Assembly (NCBI GenBank): GCA_963795855.1
Contig: CAWCIZ010000002.1
Coordinates: 480,001 to 544,000, forward strand
Reading direction: 5' to 3'
DNA length: 64,000 nt
Origin: Vulcanimicrobiota bacterium
GTDB lineage: Bacteria; Vulcanimicrobiota; Vulcanimicrobiia; Vulcanimicrobiales; Vulcanimicrobiaceae
Made by a program: the position numbers and the translations under genes. Below, piece after piece: positions 10,551-20,459 of the stretch. Positions within the stretch are counted from its first letter, which is position 1. Each line of letters starts with the position of its first letter. Below the pieces are notes generated by a model. It was not told the DNA's origin. It saw only the letters and a program-made list of their open reading frames with translations, and did no database searches.

Positions 10551-11452
10551 GCGTCCAGCAGCCGCTGCGCTTGCGCGAGCGCTCCAACGCACGGTTCCGT
10601 CGCAAGTTTCACTACGGGCATGTTCGGATGTTCGTTCAGAAGGCGCGTCTCCAGCAGGTACGTCAGCAAATTATTCGATTGGAGCAGGCCTCCGGCAAGC
10701 ACGATCGGCACGGCGGCGCCGAGCAAATCCGCGCGCTTCACCACACTCTTGACGAGCTCGGCCAGCGCAAAAGCGGCACCCTGCACGATTTTTCCGGCGC
10801 TGCGTTCGCCGGCTTGCGCCGCATCGAGCACCACGCGCGCCGCCGCGGCCGCCGTACCAACGGGATGCTGCGACCGGTACACCGCTTGCAGCACCGCGTG
10901 TAAATCGCGCGCGTTCAGGTGCGCTTCGATCGCGCTTACGAGTTCGTCGCGCGGGGCGCGGCCGTCATACGCGCGCAGAACGTGGCCGATCGCCGCCGAG
11001 CCGATTGCAAAACCCGAACCGTCGTCGCCAAGCAGATAGCCGTAGCCGCCGCACCGGTATCCGTTCTCCCCATGCTGGGCGAACGCAATGGAGCCGGTTC
11101 CCGCGATGACGACCACACCATCGCCTTGCGGTACTGCCGCCCGAAGCGCAACGTAAGCATCGTCGCGAACCGCGATGCGGGCAGACGCGTACCGCGAACG
11201 CAGCGCGTTTTCGATCGCGCCACGAACCTCTTCGCGCGCCGCTCCCGCCGCGCCGACGAAGATCGCGTGCGGCATCGCGCCGTCCAACGAGCTTTCGACG
11301 GCGTCCGCGATAATCGCGGCGGCGCCTTCGGTTCCGCGTACCGACGCGTTCGCGCCTTCGCGCACTTCGATGCGGCCGGCTTCACCGTCCACGGCGTGCA
11401 CGACGGCGGTTTTCGTTCCGCCGGCGTCGACGCCGACTGCTATTGTCGGCAT
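10547..11452 (-). CDS. BadF/BadG-type amino-sugar kinase (GlcNAc/MurNAc kinase-like)
   Basis: GVDAGGTKT, IAGTGS, GGYGYLLGDDGSG. Confidence 0.88.
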   Translation of the reverse strand: MPTIAVGVDAGGTKTAVVHAVDGEAGRIEVREGANASVRGTEGAAAIIADAVESSLDGAMPHAIFVGAAGAAREEVRGAIENALRSRYASARIAVRDDAYVALRAAVPQGDGVVVIAGTGSIAFAQHGENGYRCGGYGYLLGDDGSGFAIGSAAIGHVLRAYDGRAPRDELVSAIEAHLNARDLHAVLQAVYRSQHPVGTAAAAARVVLDAAQAGERSAGKIVQGAAFALAELVKSVVKRADLLGAAVPIVLAGGLLQSNNLLTYLLETRLLNEHPNMPVVKLATEPCVGALAQAQRLLDA

Positions 11453-12588
11453 TCCGCCTCGATTTTCCCGAGAAGTTTCGGCAGCGCAAAAGGTGCGATG
11501 GATCCGAGCGGGACCCGGCGGCTTGCGCCCGTTGCGCGCGGAACGTTCGCGGCGCGCCCCCGAAGCGTCTCGTATCCGAGCAACGCGAAGGCGATCGCCT
11601 CTTTGGCATCGCCGTTAAAATCCATCACGTCGGAGCGTTCGACGCACATGCGCGGCAACCGCTCTTGCAGACCGTTCATCAGCGTCGCGTTGTGCGCTCC
11701 GCCGCCGCTTACCAGCACGCGCGCCTTTTCCGGCGCTGCGGACGAGATCGCGGAAGCGAGCGTCTGCGCGGTCAGCGCGGTCAGCGTCGCGGCACCGTCT
11801 TCCAGCGAAAGCCCCTGCAAACCGCTTTCATGCGCGCGCAGGAACTGCGCGCCGAACCGCTCGCGCCCCGTGGACTTCGGAGGCGGCAGCCCGAAGTATG
11901 CATCCGCAAGCATCGTTTCCAGGACGTTCGAATCGACGCGGCCTGCTCGCGCAAGCGCGCCGTCGCGGTCGAACCGCATCTCACCGTTCGTGCGCTCGCG
12001 CACGAATGCATCGATCAGCATATTGCCGGGGCCGGTGTCGAACGCCGCTACGTCATACGGACCCGCACCGCGCGGAAGCACGGTGAGATTTGCGATGCCG
12101 CCGACGTTCACGGCGACGCGGTCCTCTTCTTCGCTGCCGAGCAGCAGCGCGTCGACGTACGGTACGAGCGGCGCGCCGTGTCCGCCCGCCGCGCAATCCG
12201 CACTGCGAAAATCGTAACAGATCGTGGTTGAGAGCACTTCGCGCATGACGAACGGATCCGCGAGTTGGAGCGTGACGTGCCGGTTGCCGTCATGCCAGAG
12301 CGTCTGACCGTGCGAAGCGACGTAATCGATCGGCATTTCCGCTGAAACCAGATCGGCGGCTCGCGCAAACGCGTGTCCAAGTTCGTTGTGCAGATCGGCC
12401 AGGAGTGCAACGCTGCCGCGGTTCGGCGGCAGCGCCGCGTGCAAATGCTCCAGCACCTGCGGTTCGAAAGGATGCGTGACGAAGTTTAGCAGATGAACCG
12501 CATAGCTCTCGCCGCGCGGCCGAATGCGAACGAGCGCTGCATCTACACCGTCGAGCGACGTGCCGCTCATCAAGCCGATCGCGATCAT
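11440..12588 (-). CDS. anmK: Anhydro-N-acetylmuramic acid kinase
   Basis: GLMSGTSLDGVD, SHGQT, GGHGAPLVP, FDTGPGN, PKSTGRE, KEAIAFA. Confidence 0.95.
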   Translation of the reverse strand: MIAIGLMSGTSLDGVDAALVRIRPRGESYAVHLLNFVTHPFEPQVLEHLHAALPPNRGSVALLADLHNELGHAFARAADLVSAEMPIDYVASHGQTLWHDGNRHVTLQLADPFVMREVLSTTICYDFRSADCAAGGHGAPLVPYVDALLLGSEEEDRVAVNVGGIANLTVLPRGAGPYDVAAFDTGPGNMLIDAFVRERTNGEMRFDRDGALARAGRVDSNVLETMLADAYFGLPPPKSTGRERFGAQFLRAHESGLQGLSLEDGAATLTALTAQTLASAISSAAPEKARVLVSGGGAHNATLMNGLQERLPRMCVERSDVMDFNGDAKEAIAFALLGYETLRGRAANVPRATGASRRVPLGSIAPFALPKLLGKIEAECRQ

Positions 12589-13604
12589 CGCAGATCCAAA
12601 TCCTCGATGAGCGCTTCATAAAACGCCGCACGCAGTTCGCGCGTGTCCGTCCGCCCGAAGTAGACGCTGTTCGTCAGCAGCACGCCGACGCAGTCGCGCT
12701 GCGGGTCGGCCCACACGCACGTCCCTACGAAACCGGTATGGCCGAACGACGCGTCCGAAAAAAAACGTCCGCACGAATTTTCATCGCTCGTTTTGAGAGC
12801 CCAGCCCAGACCTCGCCGCAAAACCGGATCGAAAGCTTGTTCGCGCGTCGCTTCGCGCGCCGTATCTTCTCGAACGATCGACGAATCGCGTCCGCATAAC
12901 GCGGCCATGTACTGCTCGGCCAGCCACGCGACGTCGGCGGCGCTTCCGAAGAGTCCCGCGTGGCCGGCGATTCCGCCCATCAAATAGGCTTTTTCGTCAT
13001 GCACCGCGCCTTGCACCCGGCCGCGCCAGCCGTCCTCTTCGGTGGCGGGAATGCGCTTTGCGCCCGGTTCGATCGGCCGGTAAACCGGCGTCGCGCGCAC
13101 TTCTCTCACCAGCGACGCAAGCGACGTTCCGTACGCGCGCTGCAAGAGTTCGCCCAGCGCGATGAACCCGAGATCGCTGTAGATGACGCGTTCGCCGGGC
13201 CGCGCGACCAGATCGCGCTCGATCGCATAGCGCGCGACGTTGTGCCCGAGCAACTGGCGATAGTCTGCGCCGGAGTTCATTCCCGAGTCATGTGCCAGCA
13301 GCATCCGCAGCGTTATCGCCGCGTGCGAGGTATCTTGCCATTCTGGAAACCATCGCGTAAGCGGTTCGTCGAGCAATATGCGCTGCTCCTGAACGGCCCG
13401 AAGCGCCAGCGTCGCGACGAAAAGTTTAGTGATCGACGCGAGGTCGAATGCGGTGTCCACGTACACGGGTTGCTGCAGCGCGTCGTCGCGCGTGACGCCG
13501 TACGCGGATTCGAACACCGGCTCGCCGCGGAACTCGACGCGCGCGACCGCACCGGTGAACTGCTTGCCGCAAGCGCCGCGCAGCACGCGCTGCACGCGGG
13601 TCAT
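12585..13604 (-). CDS. Serine hydrolase, beta-lactamase fold (AmiE-like muropeptide amidase candidate)
   Basis: FDLASITK (SxxK), YSDLGF, GHAGLF, FGHTGF; sits between nagZ and anmK. Confidence 0.8.
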   Translation of the reverse strand: MTRVQRVLRGACGKQFTGAVARVEFRGEPVFESAYGVTRDDALQQPVYVDTAFDLASITKLFVATLALRAVQEQRILLDEPLTRWFPEWQDTSHAAITLRMLLAHDSGMNSGADYRQLLGHNVARYAIERDLVARPGERVIYSDLGFIALGELLQRAYGTSLASLVREVRATPVYRPIEPGAKRIPATEEDGWRGRVQGAVHDEKAYLMGGIAGHAGLFGSAADVAWLAEQYMAALCGRDSSIVREDTAREATREQAFDPVLRRGLGWALKTSDENSCGRFFSDASFGHTGFVGTCVWADPQRDCVGVLLTNSVYFGRTDTRELRAAFYEALIEDLDLR

Positions 13605-15118
13605 CCTTGGGCGAACTCGGCGCTGCGATGTAGCGGAAACCGTCCTTCGGCCGGAGCACCGCCGAACAACACGTCCGAGAGGCCTTCCATGCTCGGCTTA
13701 TCGTCGCCGTACGTGCACAGCACGGTCTGCGCTCCCTCCAACAGGAGCGCGTCGAACGGTTCGCGCGTACTGACGATAAGCGAATCGGGGAACTCGTCCA
13801 AAATTGCGCGCGCGGCTTGCAGTTGTTTTTCGTACACGTGCGCGCGCCGCAGCAGCAGAATCGGACGTTTTCCGCGCACTCGCAAGTCGGCAAGCAGCGC
13901 CGCCGTTTGCGCGGGCTGCGGCTCGAGCGGCAAACGCAGTTCCGGAACGCGAAGTCCGCCCGCAAGCGAGGCATGCTCCGTATGCAGGCCCTGGACACCT
14001 TCGGTGGTTGCGCCCTCGAACGACACGACGATGCTGCGATCCGCGTCGGCATGCGCGCTTCCGCGGATCGCCGTAACCGCTCGCCGGCCGATCTCGCGCC
14101 CGATGCCGGCATGCTCGGACCGCGCATCCAGCGGCAACGGCGGCTGCAGCCGCGCGCGCAATTCGCCGACACGCGTATGGGCTTGTTCCAGCCGCACGCG
14201 AGAAAGGCGCCCCGACTCGACGGCGTCCACGATACGGTCGATGCTCGTAAGCGCCATTTCGACGCTGTGACTGATCAAGACGCAATCTGCGCCCGCCATC
14301 AGCGCTTGCACCGCGCCTTCTGCCGTGCCCACGCCCTTCGCGATTGCGTCCATCTGCATGCAATCGGTGAAGCAGACGCCCGAGAAGCCGATTTCGTCGC
14401 GCAGTACGTCCGTGAGGATTCGCGGTGAAATCGTGGCGGGACGCTCCGCATCCAAACTGCGCGCGACGATGTGCGCCGTCATCAACGCCTCCGCGCCGGG
14501 CAACAGTTTTGCGAACGGAACGAGATCGCGATCGCGCAGCGTCTGCTCATCGACGTCGATCGCCGGAAGATCGAGGTGCGAGTCGACCTCGGTCGAGCCG
14601 TGCCCGGGAAAATGCTTGAACGTCGGAACGATACCCTGCGAGCGCATGCCGCGAGCGAATGCGCCCGCCAATTCCACAACGCGCTCCGGGTCGTCCCCGA
14701 ACGCGCGGGAGCCGATCACCGTGTTCATGCGCATCAACATCAGGTCGAGCACCGGGGCATAGTCGACGTTTACGCCCGCGCGGCGCAAATCGAATGCGGA
14801 CTGCGCACCCGCGCGCGTCGCTAATCCGGCGTCCCCGGTTGCCGCAAGCGCGAGCATCGCGGGCAATTCCTCGACTTTGTCGCGAAGCCGAGCGACTCGG
14901 CCGCCTTCCTGGTCGATTGCGACGATCGCTCGCGGCAGCAAATCGCGGATCGAATCGGTCAAGGCTCGCGTCTGTTCGAGCGACTCGACGTTGCGGCCGA
15001 ACAAAATCAGTCCCGCCGGCGGCGTCCCGCGCAGCATGGCCCGGACCGTTTCGTCGATGCGCGTTCCTTCAAACCCTACGCAGACGACGCCGGCGGCGAG
15101 CGTGCGAATATCCGTCAT
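13601..15118 (-). CDS. nagZ: Beta-N-acetylhexosaminidase (GH3)
   Basis: IDQEGGRVAR, KHFPGHG..DSH, TDCMQM. Confidence 0.92.
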   Translation of the reverse strand: MTDIRTLAAGVVCVGFEGTRIDETVRAMLRGTPPAGLILFGRNVESLEQTRALTDSIRDLLPRAIVAIDQEGGRVARLRDKVEELPAMLALAATGDAGLATRAGAQSAFDLRRAGVNVDYAPVLDLMLMRMNTVIGSRAFGDDPERVVELAGAFARGMRSQGIVPTFKHFPGHGSTEVDSHLDLPAIDVDEQTLRDRDLVPFAKLLPGAEALMTAHIVARSLDAERPATISPRILTDVLRDEIGFSGVCFTDCMQMDAIAKGVGTAEGAVQALMAGADCVLISHSVEMALTSIDRIVDAVESGRLSRVRLEQAHTRVGELRARLQPPLPLDARSEHAGIGREIGRRAVTAIRGSAHADADRSIVVSFEGATTEGVQGLHTEHASLAGGLRVPELRLPLEPQPAQTAALLADLRVRGKRPILLLRRAHVYEKQLQAARAILDEFPDSLIVSTREPFDALLLEGAQTVLCTYGDDKPSMEGLSDVLFGGAPAEGRFPLHRSAEFAQG

Positions 15119-16194
15119 GTCAATAATGTCCCCATCGATCGATCGAAACGGCGCACGTGCGCATCGTCGAAAGCGATGCCGATCTCTTCGCCCTGTGCAG
15201 GGTGTGCGCCGGCCGGCAACCGCAGGACCATGTCGCCGCGCGCCGTGTGGGCGCGAACGAAACGATCGGACCCGGTCGTCTGAACGGATACGACGCAACC
15301 GCGCAGCGGTGCGCGCGCGTCGATGCGTACGTGTTCCGCACGAATTCCAAGCAGGTGCATGTCGCCGTCGATGAGATTCATCGGCGGCGATCCGAAAAAC
15401 CTGGCGACGAGCACGTTTGCGGGAAAATCGTACACCTGCTGCGGGCGCCCGTATTGCGCGATACGGCCCTCAAACATGATCGCAAGATTGTCCGCGATCG
15501 AAAGCGCCTCCACGTGATCGTGTGTCACGTGAATGGCCGCGCCGGGAAACGAGGCGCGGAATTGCGTGAACTGCTCGCGCACGTAAGCGCGCAACTGCGG
15601 ATCCAAATGCGCAAGCGGCTCGTCCAGCAGCAGGATGCGCGGATCGCTCAAAACGGCGCGCGCCAGCTCGGCCCGCTGACGTTCGCCGCCCGACAGGCGT
15701 GCGGGACGTTCGCGAAGGTGTGCGTCGATCGCCAGCGCCTCGGCAACCTCGCGCACGCGCTTTGCCACGATCTCGCTGCGCACTCGGCGCACGCGCAGCG
15801 GGAACGCCAAATTTTCGTACACGCTCATCTGCGGGAAGAGCGCGTCGTCTTGAAAGACGAGTGCGACGCGCCGGCGAGCGGCCGGAACCGCAAGCAAGTC
15901 GCGTCCGTCGAGCTGCAGCGAGCCGGAGTCCGGCGATTCGAGGCCGGCAATCACACGCAGCAGCGTTGTTTTCCCGGCTCCGCTGGGACCGAGAATGACG
16001 AGCGATTCTCCGTCGCTCGCGGATAACGAGACGCCGTCGAGCGCCGCACGGCGTCCTCGCGCGTCTCGATACGTTTTGACGAGATTAGCGGATGCGAATG
16101 ATTTGCGCGACGAGGCGGCCGCCGATTTCGCTGAAGTCGATGCTGACGCGAGATCCTCGTCCGAGATCGGAAAAGGATGCGAATCCTGAACCAC
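15115..16194 (-). CDS. Sugar ABC transporter ATP-binding subunit (MalK family); start uncertain
   Basis: GPSGAGKT, LSGGERQR, LLLDEP, HVTHD, GSPPMN, C-terminal TOBE-like region. Confidence 0.85.
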   Translation of the reverse strand: MVQDSHPFPISDEDLASASTSAKSAAASSRKSFASANLVKTYRDARGRRAALDGVSLSASDGESLVILGPSGAGKTTLLRVIAGLESPDSGSLQLDGRDLLAVPAARRRVALVFQDDALFPQMSVYENLAFPLRVRRVRSEIVAKRVREVAEALAIDAHLRERPARLSGGERQRAELARAVLSDPRILLLDEPLAHLDPQLRAYVREQFTQFRASFPGAAIHVTHDHVEALSIADNLAIMFEGRIAQYGRPQQVYDFPANVLVARFFGSPPMNLIDGDMHLLGIRAEHVRIDARAPLRGCVVSVQTTGSDRFVRAHTARGDMVLRLPAGAHPAQGEEIGIAFDDAHVRRFDRSMGTLLT

Positions 16195-16462
16195 GGATGA
16201 TACTCGTCGTCGGCGTTACGGCGACGGGCACGAGCCCGCGCGGCGTCGCGATGAGGATGCTGGCGCCGCCGTAATCCACTCCCGTGATCGTGCCCGAAAT
16301 GACGCCGTGCGCGCCGGGTGCGACGACAGGCTGCTCCGCTGTAGGGCGGGCGTGCTGGTGCCCGTGCGCCCAAGGCGGCGGAGCGGCGAGCGCGAGCGTG
16401 CAGCCGGCGGCAAGCAAGGCCCCGGCGAGCGCCGCAGCTGCGAGAGTGCGAAACGAAGCCAT
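16085..16462 (-). CDS. Exported small beta-barrel protein (DUF5666-like)
   Basis: Signal peptide, PPPWAHG, then G.ITGVD...DLGRGSRVSI. Confidence 0.6.
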   Translation of the reverse strand: MASFRTLAAAALAGALLAAGCTLALAAPPPWAHGHQHARPTAEQPVVAPGAHGVISGTITGVDYGGASILIATPRGLVPVAVTPTTSIIRGSGFASFSDLGRGSRVSIDFSEIGGRLVAQIIRIR

Positions 16463-16516
16463 GACGGTATAGTCAACGGTACGGTCCAATGCAGACGTTC
16501 CATTCGACACGGATCT

Positions 16517-17539
16517 TTACTCACCATCGTAATAATCCAAGCCGGGGGAGCCGCGCACCATGCGGCCTCGTTCCGGCACGTACAAACCGACCTTGTCCGA
16601 ATCGGGATAGAAGCATGTTTCAAGGCGCTCGTTCATTCCCACCAGCAGTACGAGGCAGTCCTCGTCCGAGTCGTTCCTGAGCTGATGGGTCCCTCGCTCG
16701 CCCACCGGAAAACCGATGAAATCGCCGGGCCTGCACTCGAGCGTGCCGCGCAACGTACGGATGCTCGGCCGTCCCTCCATGACGAAAAAGAACTCTTCTT
16801 CCGCTTCGTGCGAGTGGAGCGGGCAAAAGACCTTACCGGGCGGGAGCTTCGCCACGCGATAGCCCAATTTGCGAGCGCCAATCTGCAACCCCACCTCGCC
16901 GTCATACGCGGCGTACGGCTCGCGCTCGCACGAATACGGAAATTCCAAGTCGTCGAGGTTGATGCGATTGATCGCCGCGCCGCCGCGCCGCTCCAACAGC
17001 GCGCCGATCGCTTCGTCCGCGTTCTTGAAGATCGGTTGTCCGTCGCAGAGCAGCAGCGTTTGAAGTTCGAGCGCCCACAGGCGGCGGAGCCCGGCGACGA
17101 ATTTCGCGGGATCGCGCAACTTCTCGTCGGGCAGCAAACTCAGCGCGCCCGCCGGTGCGCCGATCAGCGCGTCGCCCACGACGGCAGCGCGCGCGGCAGG
17201 AAGATGGAACGCGACCTCTTCGCTTTTTCCGTGCGGTATGGCGACCGCATAGGCGCCGGCAAACACCTCGTCGCCGGGCCCGAACGAGTCGAGCACGCGC
17301 GCCGGAAAGCGTTCGAGCAGGGATGCGGTGCCGCGGATATGATCGGGATTCGTGATCACGACCGTGTGTACGCCGCCGAGCGCTTGCAGCGCATCCATCG
17401 ATTGCGCGTCCAGCGGCAGCGGATCCACGGCGACGCAGCCGCCCTCGCGCTCAAAAAGATAACTGTTGAAATTCATTCCTCGCTCCGGCTGCCATGCGGA
17501 CCACATCCAGGCGCCGGGGATATCCAAACGCGCGAGCAT
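16517..17539 (-). CDS. Metallo-beta-lactamase-fold + cupin fusion protein
   Basis: N-terminal VDP...TNPDH...GDAL; C-terminal HSHEAEEEFFFVMEG...HQLRN cupin. Confidence 0.75.
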   Translation of the reverse strand: MLARLDIPGAWMWSAWQPERGMNFNSYLFEREGGCVAVDPLPLDAQSMDALQALGGVHTVVITNPDHIRGTASLLERFPARVLDSFGPGDEVFAGAYAVAIPHGKSEEVAFHLPAARAAVVGDALIGAPAGALSLLPDEKLRDPAKFVAGLRRLWALELQTLLLCDGQPIFKNADEAIGALLERRGGAAINRINLDDLEFPYSCEREPYAAYDGEVGLQIGARKLGYRVAKLPPGKVFCPLHSHEAEEEFFFVMEGRPSIRTLRGTLECRPGDFIGFPVGERGTHQLRNDSDEDCLVLLVGMNERLETCFYPDSDKVGLYVPERGRMVRGSPGLDYYDGE

Positions 17540-17838
17540 TACTCGAGGGCTTTCCGGTACGCGTCCGCCGCTTTCTGCGAGTCGTCGCCTTTCGCGCGCG
17601 CGCGTTCGACGATTTCCCGAAGGCGCACGACGCGCTCGTCGTCCGCCGGTTTCCCGGCCAGAACCAAACGCAGCGCAATGAGCGTGAGGTCCGGCGTCCT
17701 CGGACCGAGCATGCGGATTCCTTCGTAAAACGCCGAGGCGCCCGGCACCTCGGGACGCTTTTTCAGCAGATCCTCGACCACTTCGCTTTTCGGCGGATCG
17801 CCGCCGAGAAGATAGCGGTCCAAGAGATTGAATTCCAT
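17539..17838 (-). CDS. Hypothetical protein (99 aa)
   Basis: MEFNLLDRYLLGG...; TAATG coupling with the downstream gene. Confidence 0.65.
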   Translation of the reverse strand: MEFNLLDRYLLGGDPPKSEVVEDLLKKRPEVPGASAFYEGIRMLGPRTPDLTLIALRLVLAGKPADDERVVRLREIVERARAKGDDSQKAADAYRKALE

Positions 17839-17841
17839 GCT

Positions 17842-19302
17842 ATGAAGTTCGCCGCGTGGGTCGTTCTGCTCTGCGTTTTCGCCGCCTCCGGCGGCCGAAC
17901 GGCGGCGCAGCCCGCCTCCCTCCCGCAACTTCTGAGCCGCATGCGCGCGGTCAACGGCGGGTTGTGGAACGCGCACATGAGCAGCACGTCGCCGCATACC
18001 GTCGACGGCACGCCGGCAATTCTCGACACGGAAGCGCAGGGTTTGCGCTACATCCTTTCGCAGTGCAGCGGCCGCGTCTGCTTGGGCACGTACTTCGACG
18101 GCGAACGGTTGTTTTCGGTAAACATCAACGGGACGGCGCTGCCGCGATCGCCGGCGCCCGAAGCTTATCTTCGGGCACTGCGGATCATCGGGACGCTGGA
18201 CTTTCTTTCGCCGACGTTCGTCGACGACGGAGGGCGCATCGACGACGGCGGAACGGTCACGTTCCAAGGCAAACGCCGCCGCCGTATCTACGTTTCGGAT
18301 GCGATCGCTACCCCGATGGCGATCTACGTCGATCCGGAATCCGGATTGGTTGCGGGCGCGAGCGACGTAAACGGCGACGCCACGTACGAAATGCGCGACT
18401 ACCGGCGCGTCGGCGCATACTGGCTGCCGTACGACATCGAGCGGAACAACTTGCCTCTGGAACGCTACTTGACGCGCAAAATCGTTCCCGAGCCCCTGCA
18501 GACGCCGCGCGGTTTGGTGCCGCACATCGCCGATTCGCCCGCGGGCATGCCGCTCGATCCGATGAGTACGACGCCGATCGGTGACTGCTCGATCGCGGGC
18601 GTGAGCGTGAAGTGTCTGGTCGATAGCGGCAACTCCGCGCTTTCGATGAGTTTGCAACTGGCCGAGCAGCTCCATTTGGAGCCGATCGGCATGATGCGCA
18701 TCGCGGGCCTGGGCGACTATGCGACCGAGGTCGTCCGCTCCGGACCGCTCGTGCTCGGCAACGTGCGCTTCGGCGACGCGAATTACGTCGTGCTCAGCGA
18801 CATTCACCGCTACGGGTATGACGTCGTCATCGGCGCGGACGTGTTGGCGAGCATGCCGATCACCATCGACTACACGCGTCACGCGTTGTATTTCGGCGGA
18901 GAAACGCCGGCGGATCTGCAAGGCACGACCGTTCCCCTCGCTTTCCAAAACTTCGTTCCGGTGGTGAACGTAACGCTTGGGCAATTGCCGGCGGAACTCG
19001 CCGTCGACACCGGCGATCAGTCGAACATCAATCTCGCGTACGAGTATTACGAACAGCACAGTTCTCTTTTTTCTGCCACGAAGACCGAGAGCGTGAGCGG
19101 CGTGGGCGGCAGCAGTGAAGAACTGATCGGACAAATTGCGAGCGTGCACATCGGAACGCTCACCGCGGAAAACCAGCAAATCGGCACCACGCGAACGCTC
19201 AAAGGAACGGCGAACGGACATCTCGGCGCGGGATTTCTTTCGAAATATCGCATAACGCTCGACTACGCACACGAACTGCTGCGCTTGCTTCCGAAAACCT
19301 GA
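17842..19302 (+). CDS. Exported aspartyl protease with two retropepsin-like domains
   Basis: Signal peptide; LVDSG and AVDTG catalytic motifs, followed by IGAD and LGAG respectively. Confidence 0.8.
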   Translation: MKFAAWVVLLCVFAASGGRTAAQPASLPQLLSRMRAVNGGLWNAHMSSTSPHTVDGTPAILDTEAQGLRYILSQCSGRVCLGTYFDGERLFSVNINGTALPRSPAPEAYLRALRIIGTLDFLSPTFVDDGGRIDDGGTVTFQGKRRRRIYVSDAIATPMAIYVDPESGLVAGASDVNGDATYEMRDYRRVGAYWLPYDIERNNLPLERYLTRKIVPEPLQTPRGLVPHIADSPAGMPLDPMSTTPIGDCSIAGVSVKCLVDSGNSALSMSLQLAEQLHLEPIGMMRIAGLGDYATEVVRSGPLVLGNVRFGDANYVVLSDIHRYGYDVVIGADVLASMPITIDYTRHALYFGGETPADLQGTTVPLAFQNFVPVVNVTLGQLPAELAVDTGDQSNINLAYEYYEQHSSLFSATKTESVSGVGGSSEELIGQIASVHIGTLTAENQQIGTTRTLKGTANGHLGAGFLSKYRITLDYAHELLRLLPKT

Positions 19303-19323
19303 ATATGGGGGTATGATACCGTC

Positions 19324-19833
19324 ATGCCGCAGGTTAAACTACAACGGCCGCTCGGCGTGCCCGCGGTCCCGGCGCGTTCCGCCGCCTCCTCCATCATGCA
19401 CGAGATCGAAGCGCATCGGAATGACTGGGAAGAGTTCGCGCTCTATATCAATTTTGCAAGCCTCGGGCTTCCGGACGTCGGCTACGTCGCGATTCCGGTC
19501 AACGTTACCGGCGTGACGGAGTCGCTGGAACCGCGTCATGAGATTCGCTTCACAATGCGCGCGATGCGCAGTCCGGACGCGTTTCCGACGTTCCAGGGCG
19601 CGCTTGGTATCGACGCGAGCGGCGCGTCGAGCGCGGAACTCTGGCTTGCGGGCAGCTACGACGTTCCGCTGCACGGCCTCGGCGGACTGATCGACAAAAC
19701 GTTCGCGCGCGGTACGGCGGAAAAAGCGCTGGAGAACATGCTGAACGAACTCGCCGAGGCCTTTGAAGCGCGCGTGCAGCAGCGGGAACGCGCGAACATG
19801 CGATACCGTCTCGTCTTCAACACCGGGAATTGA
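19324..19833 (+). CDS. Hypothetical protein (possible SRPBCC/polyketide-cyclase-like fold)
   Basis: Clean ORF; FQGAL...LAGSYDVPL..LGGLID pattern; -10-like TATGAT 6 nt upstream. Confidence 0.6.
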   Translation: MPQVKLQRPLGVPAVPARSAASSIMHEIEAHRNDWEEFALYINFASLGLPDVGYVAIPVNVTGVTESLEPRHEIRFTMRAMRSPDAFPTFQGALGIDASGASSAELWLAGSYDVPLHGLGGLIDKTFARGTAEKALENMLNELAEAFEARVQQRERANMRYRLVFNTGN

Positions 19834-20417
19834 AAGAAAGCGTGACCGTCACACTCAAACGCGCCGCCCTGACGGCGGCATGCTTTTTTGCAGCCTTCGC
19901 ACTGACGTCGCATCCGCGCCCGGCCGCTGCCGCGATAGCGGGACTCAACATCTGCACGGTCGTCGCAGTGCAAATGGTCGATAACGTGGACTCCTCGAAC
20001 GCGCAGCCGGGTGACTTCTTCCGGTTCGAAACGATCAACGCCGTCACCAGCGGAAATAAAATCGTCATTCCCGCGCGCACGATGGGGTACGGAATCGTCG
20101 CAGTTGCATCCCCTGCCGGCCGATCCGGCCGCCCCGGCACGCTGGTCCTCGAGCCGCGTTACCTCGTGCTCCCGGGCGACGCTCATTTGGGCGTCGTGCT
20201 CGATCACAACACGAGCGACTTGGAGCGCAACGGCACCAGCGGCAACATGCCGGGATATCTCGGCGCGATTCCGGTGCCTGGAATCGGCGCTGCGATCGGC
20301 ATCTTCAACTTCTTCCATCACGGCCGCGACATCGAAGTGCGAAAAGGGACTGCTTTCACAATCTTCCCGAACGATTCACCCGCCTCGGAGCACTGCCAAG
20401 CGGATCCCGATCTCTGA
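19830..20417 (+). CDS. Exported hypothetical protein
   Basis: Signal-peptide-like N-terminus; SSNAQPGDFF...VIPART.GYG.V beta-rich domain. Confidence 0.6.
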   Translation: MKESVTVTLKRAALTAACFFAAFALTSHPRPAAAAIAGLNICTVVAVQMVDNVDSSNAQPGDFFRFETINAVTSGNKIVIPARTMGYGIVAVASPAGRSGRPGTLVLEPRYLVLPGDAHLGVVLDHNTSDLERNGTSGNMPGYLGAIPVPGIGAAIGIFNFFHHGRDIEVRKGTAFTIFPNDSPASEHCQADPDL

Positions 20418-20459
20418 CTCCCAGGGTTCGCTCAGGATATTTTCGTAACGTGACTCGCT

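Noticed and set aside
17539..19272. Long antisense ORFs (e.g. 17539-19272, 27756-29462, 32248-33948, 10919-12217)
   Set aside because: Shadow frames of real genes in high-GC DNA with no motifs; only the last 99 codons of the first look genuine
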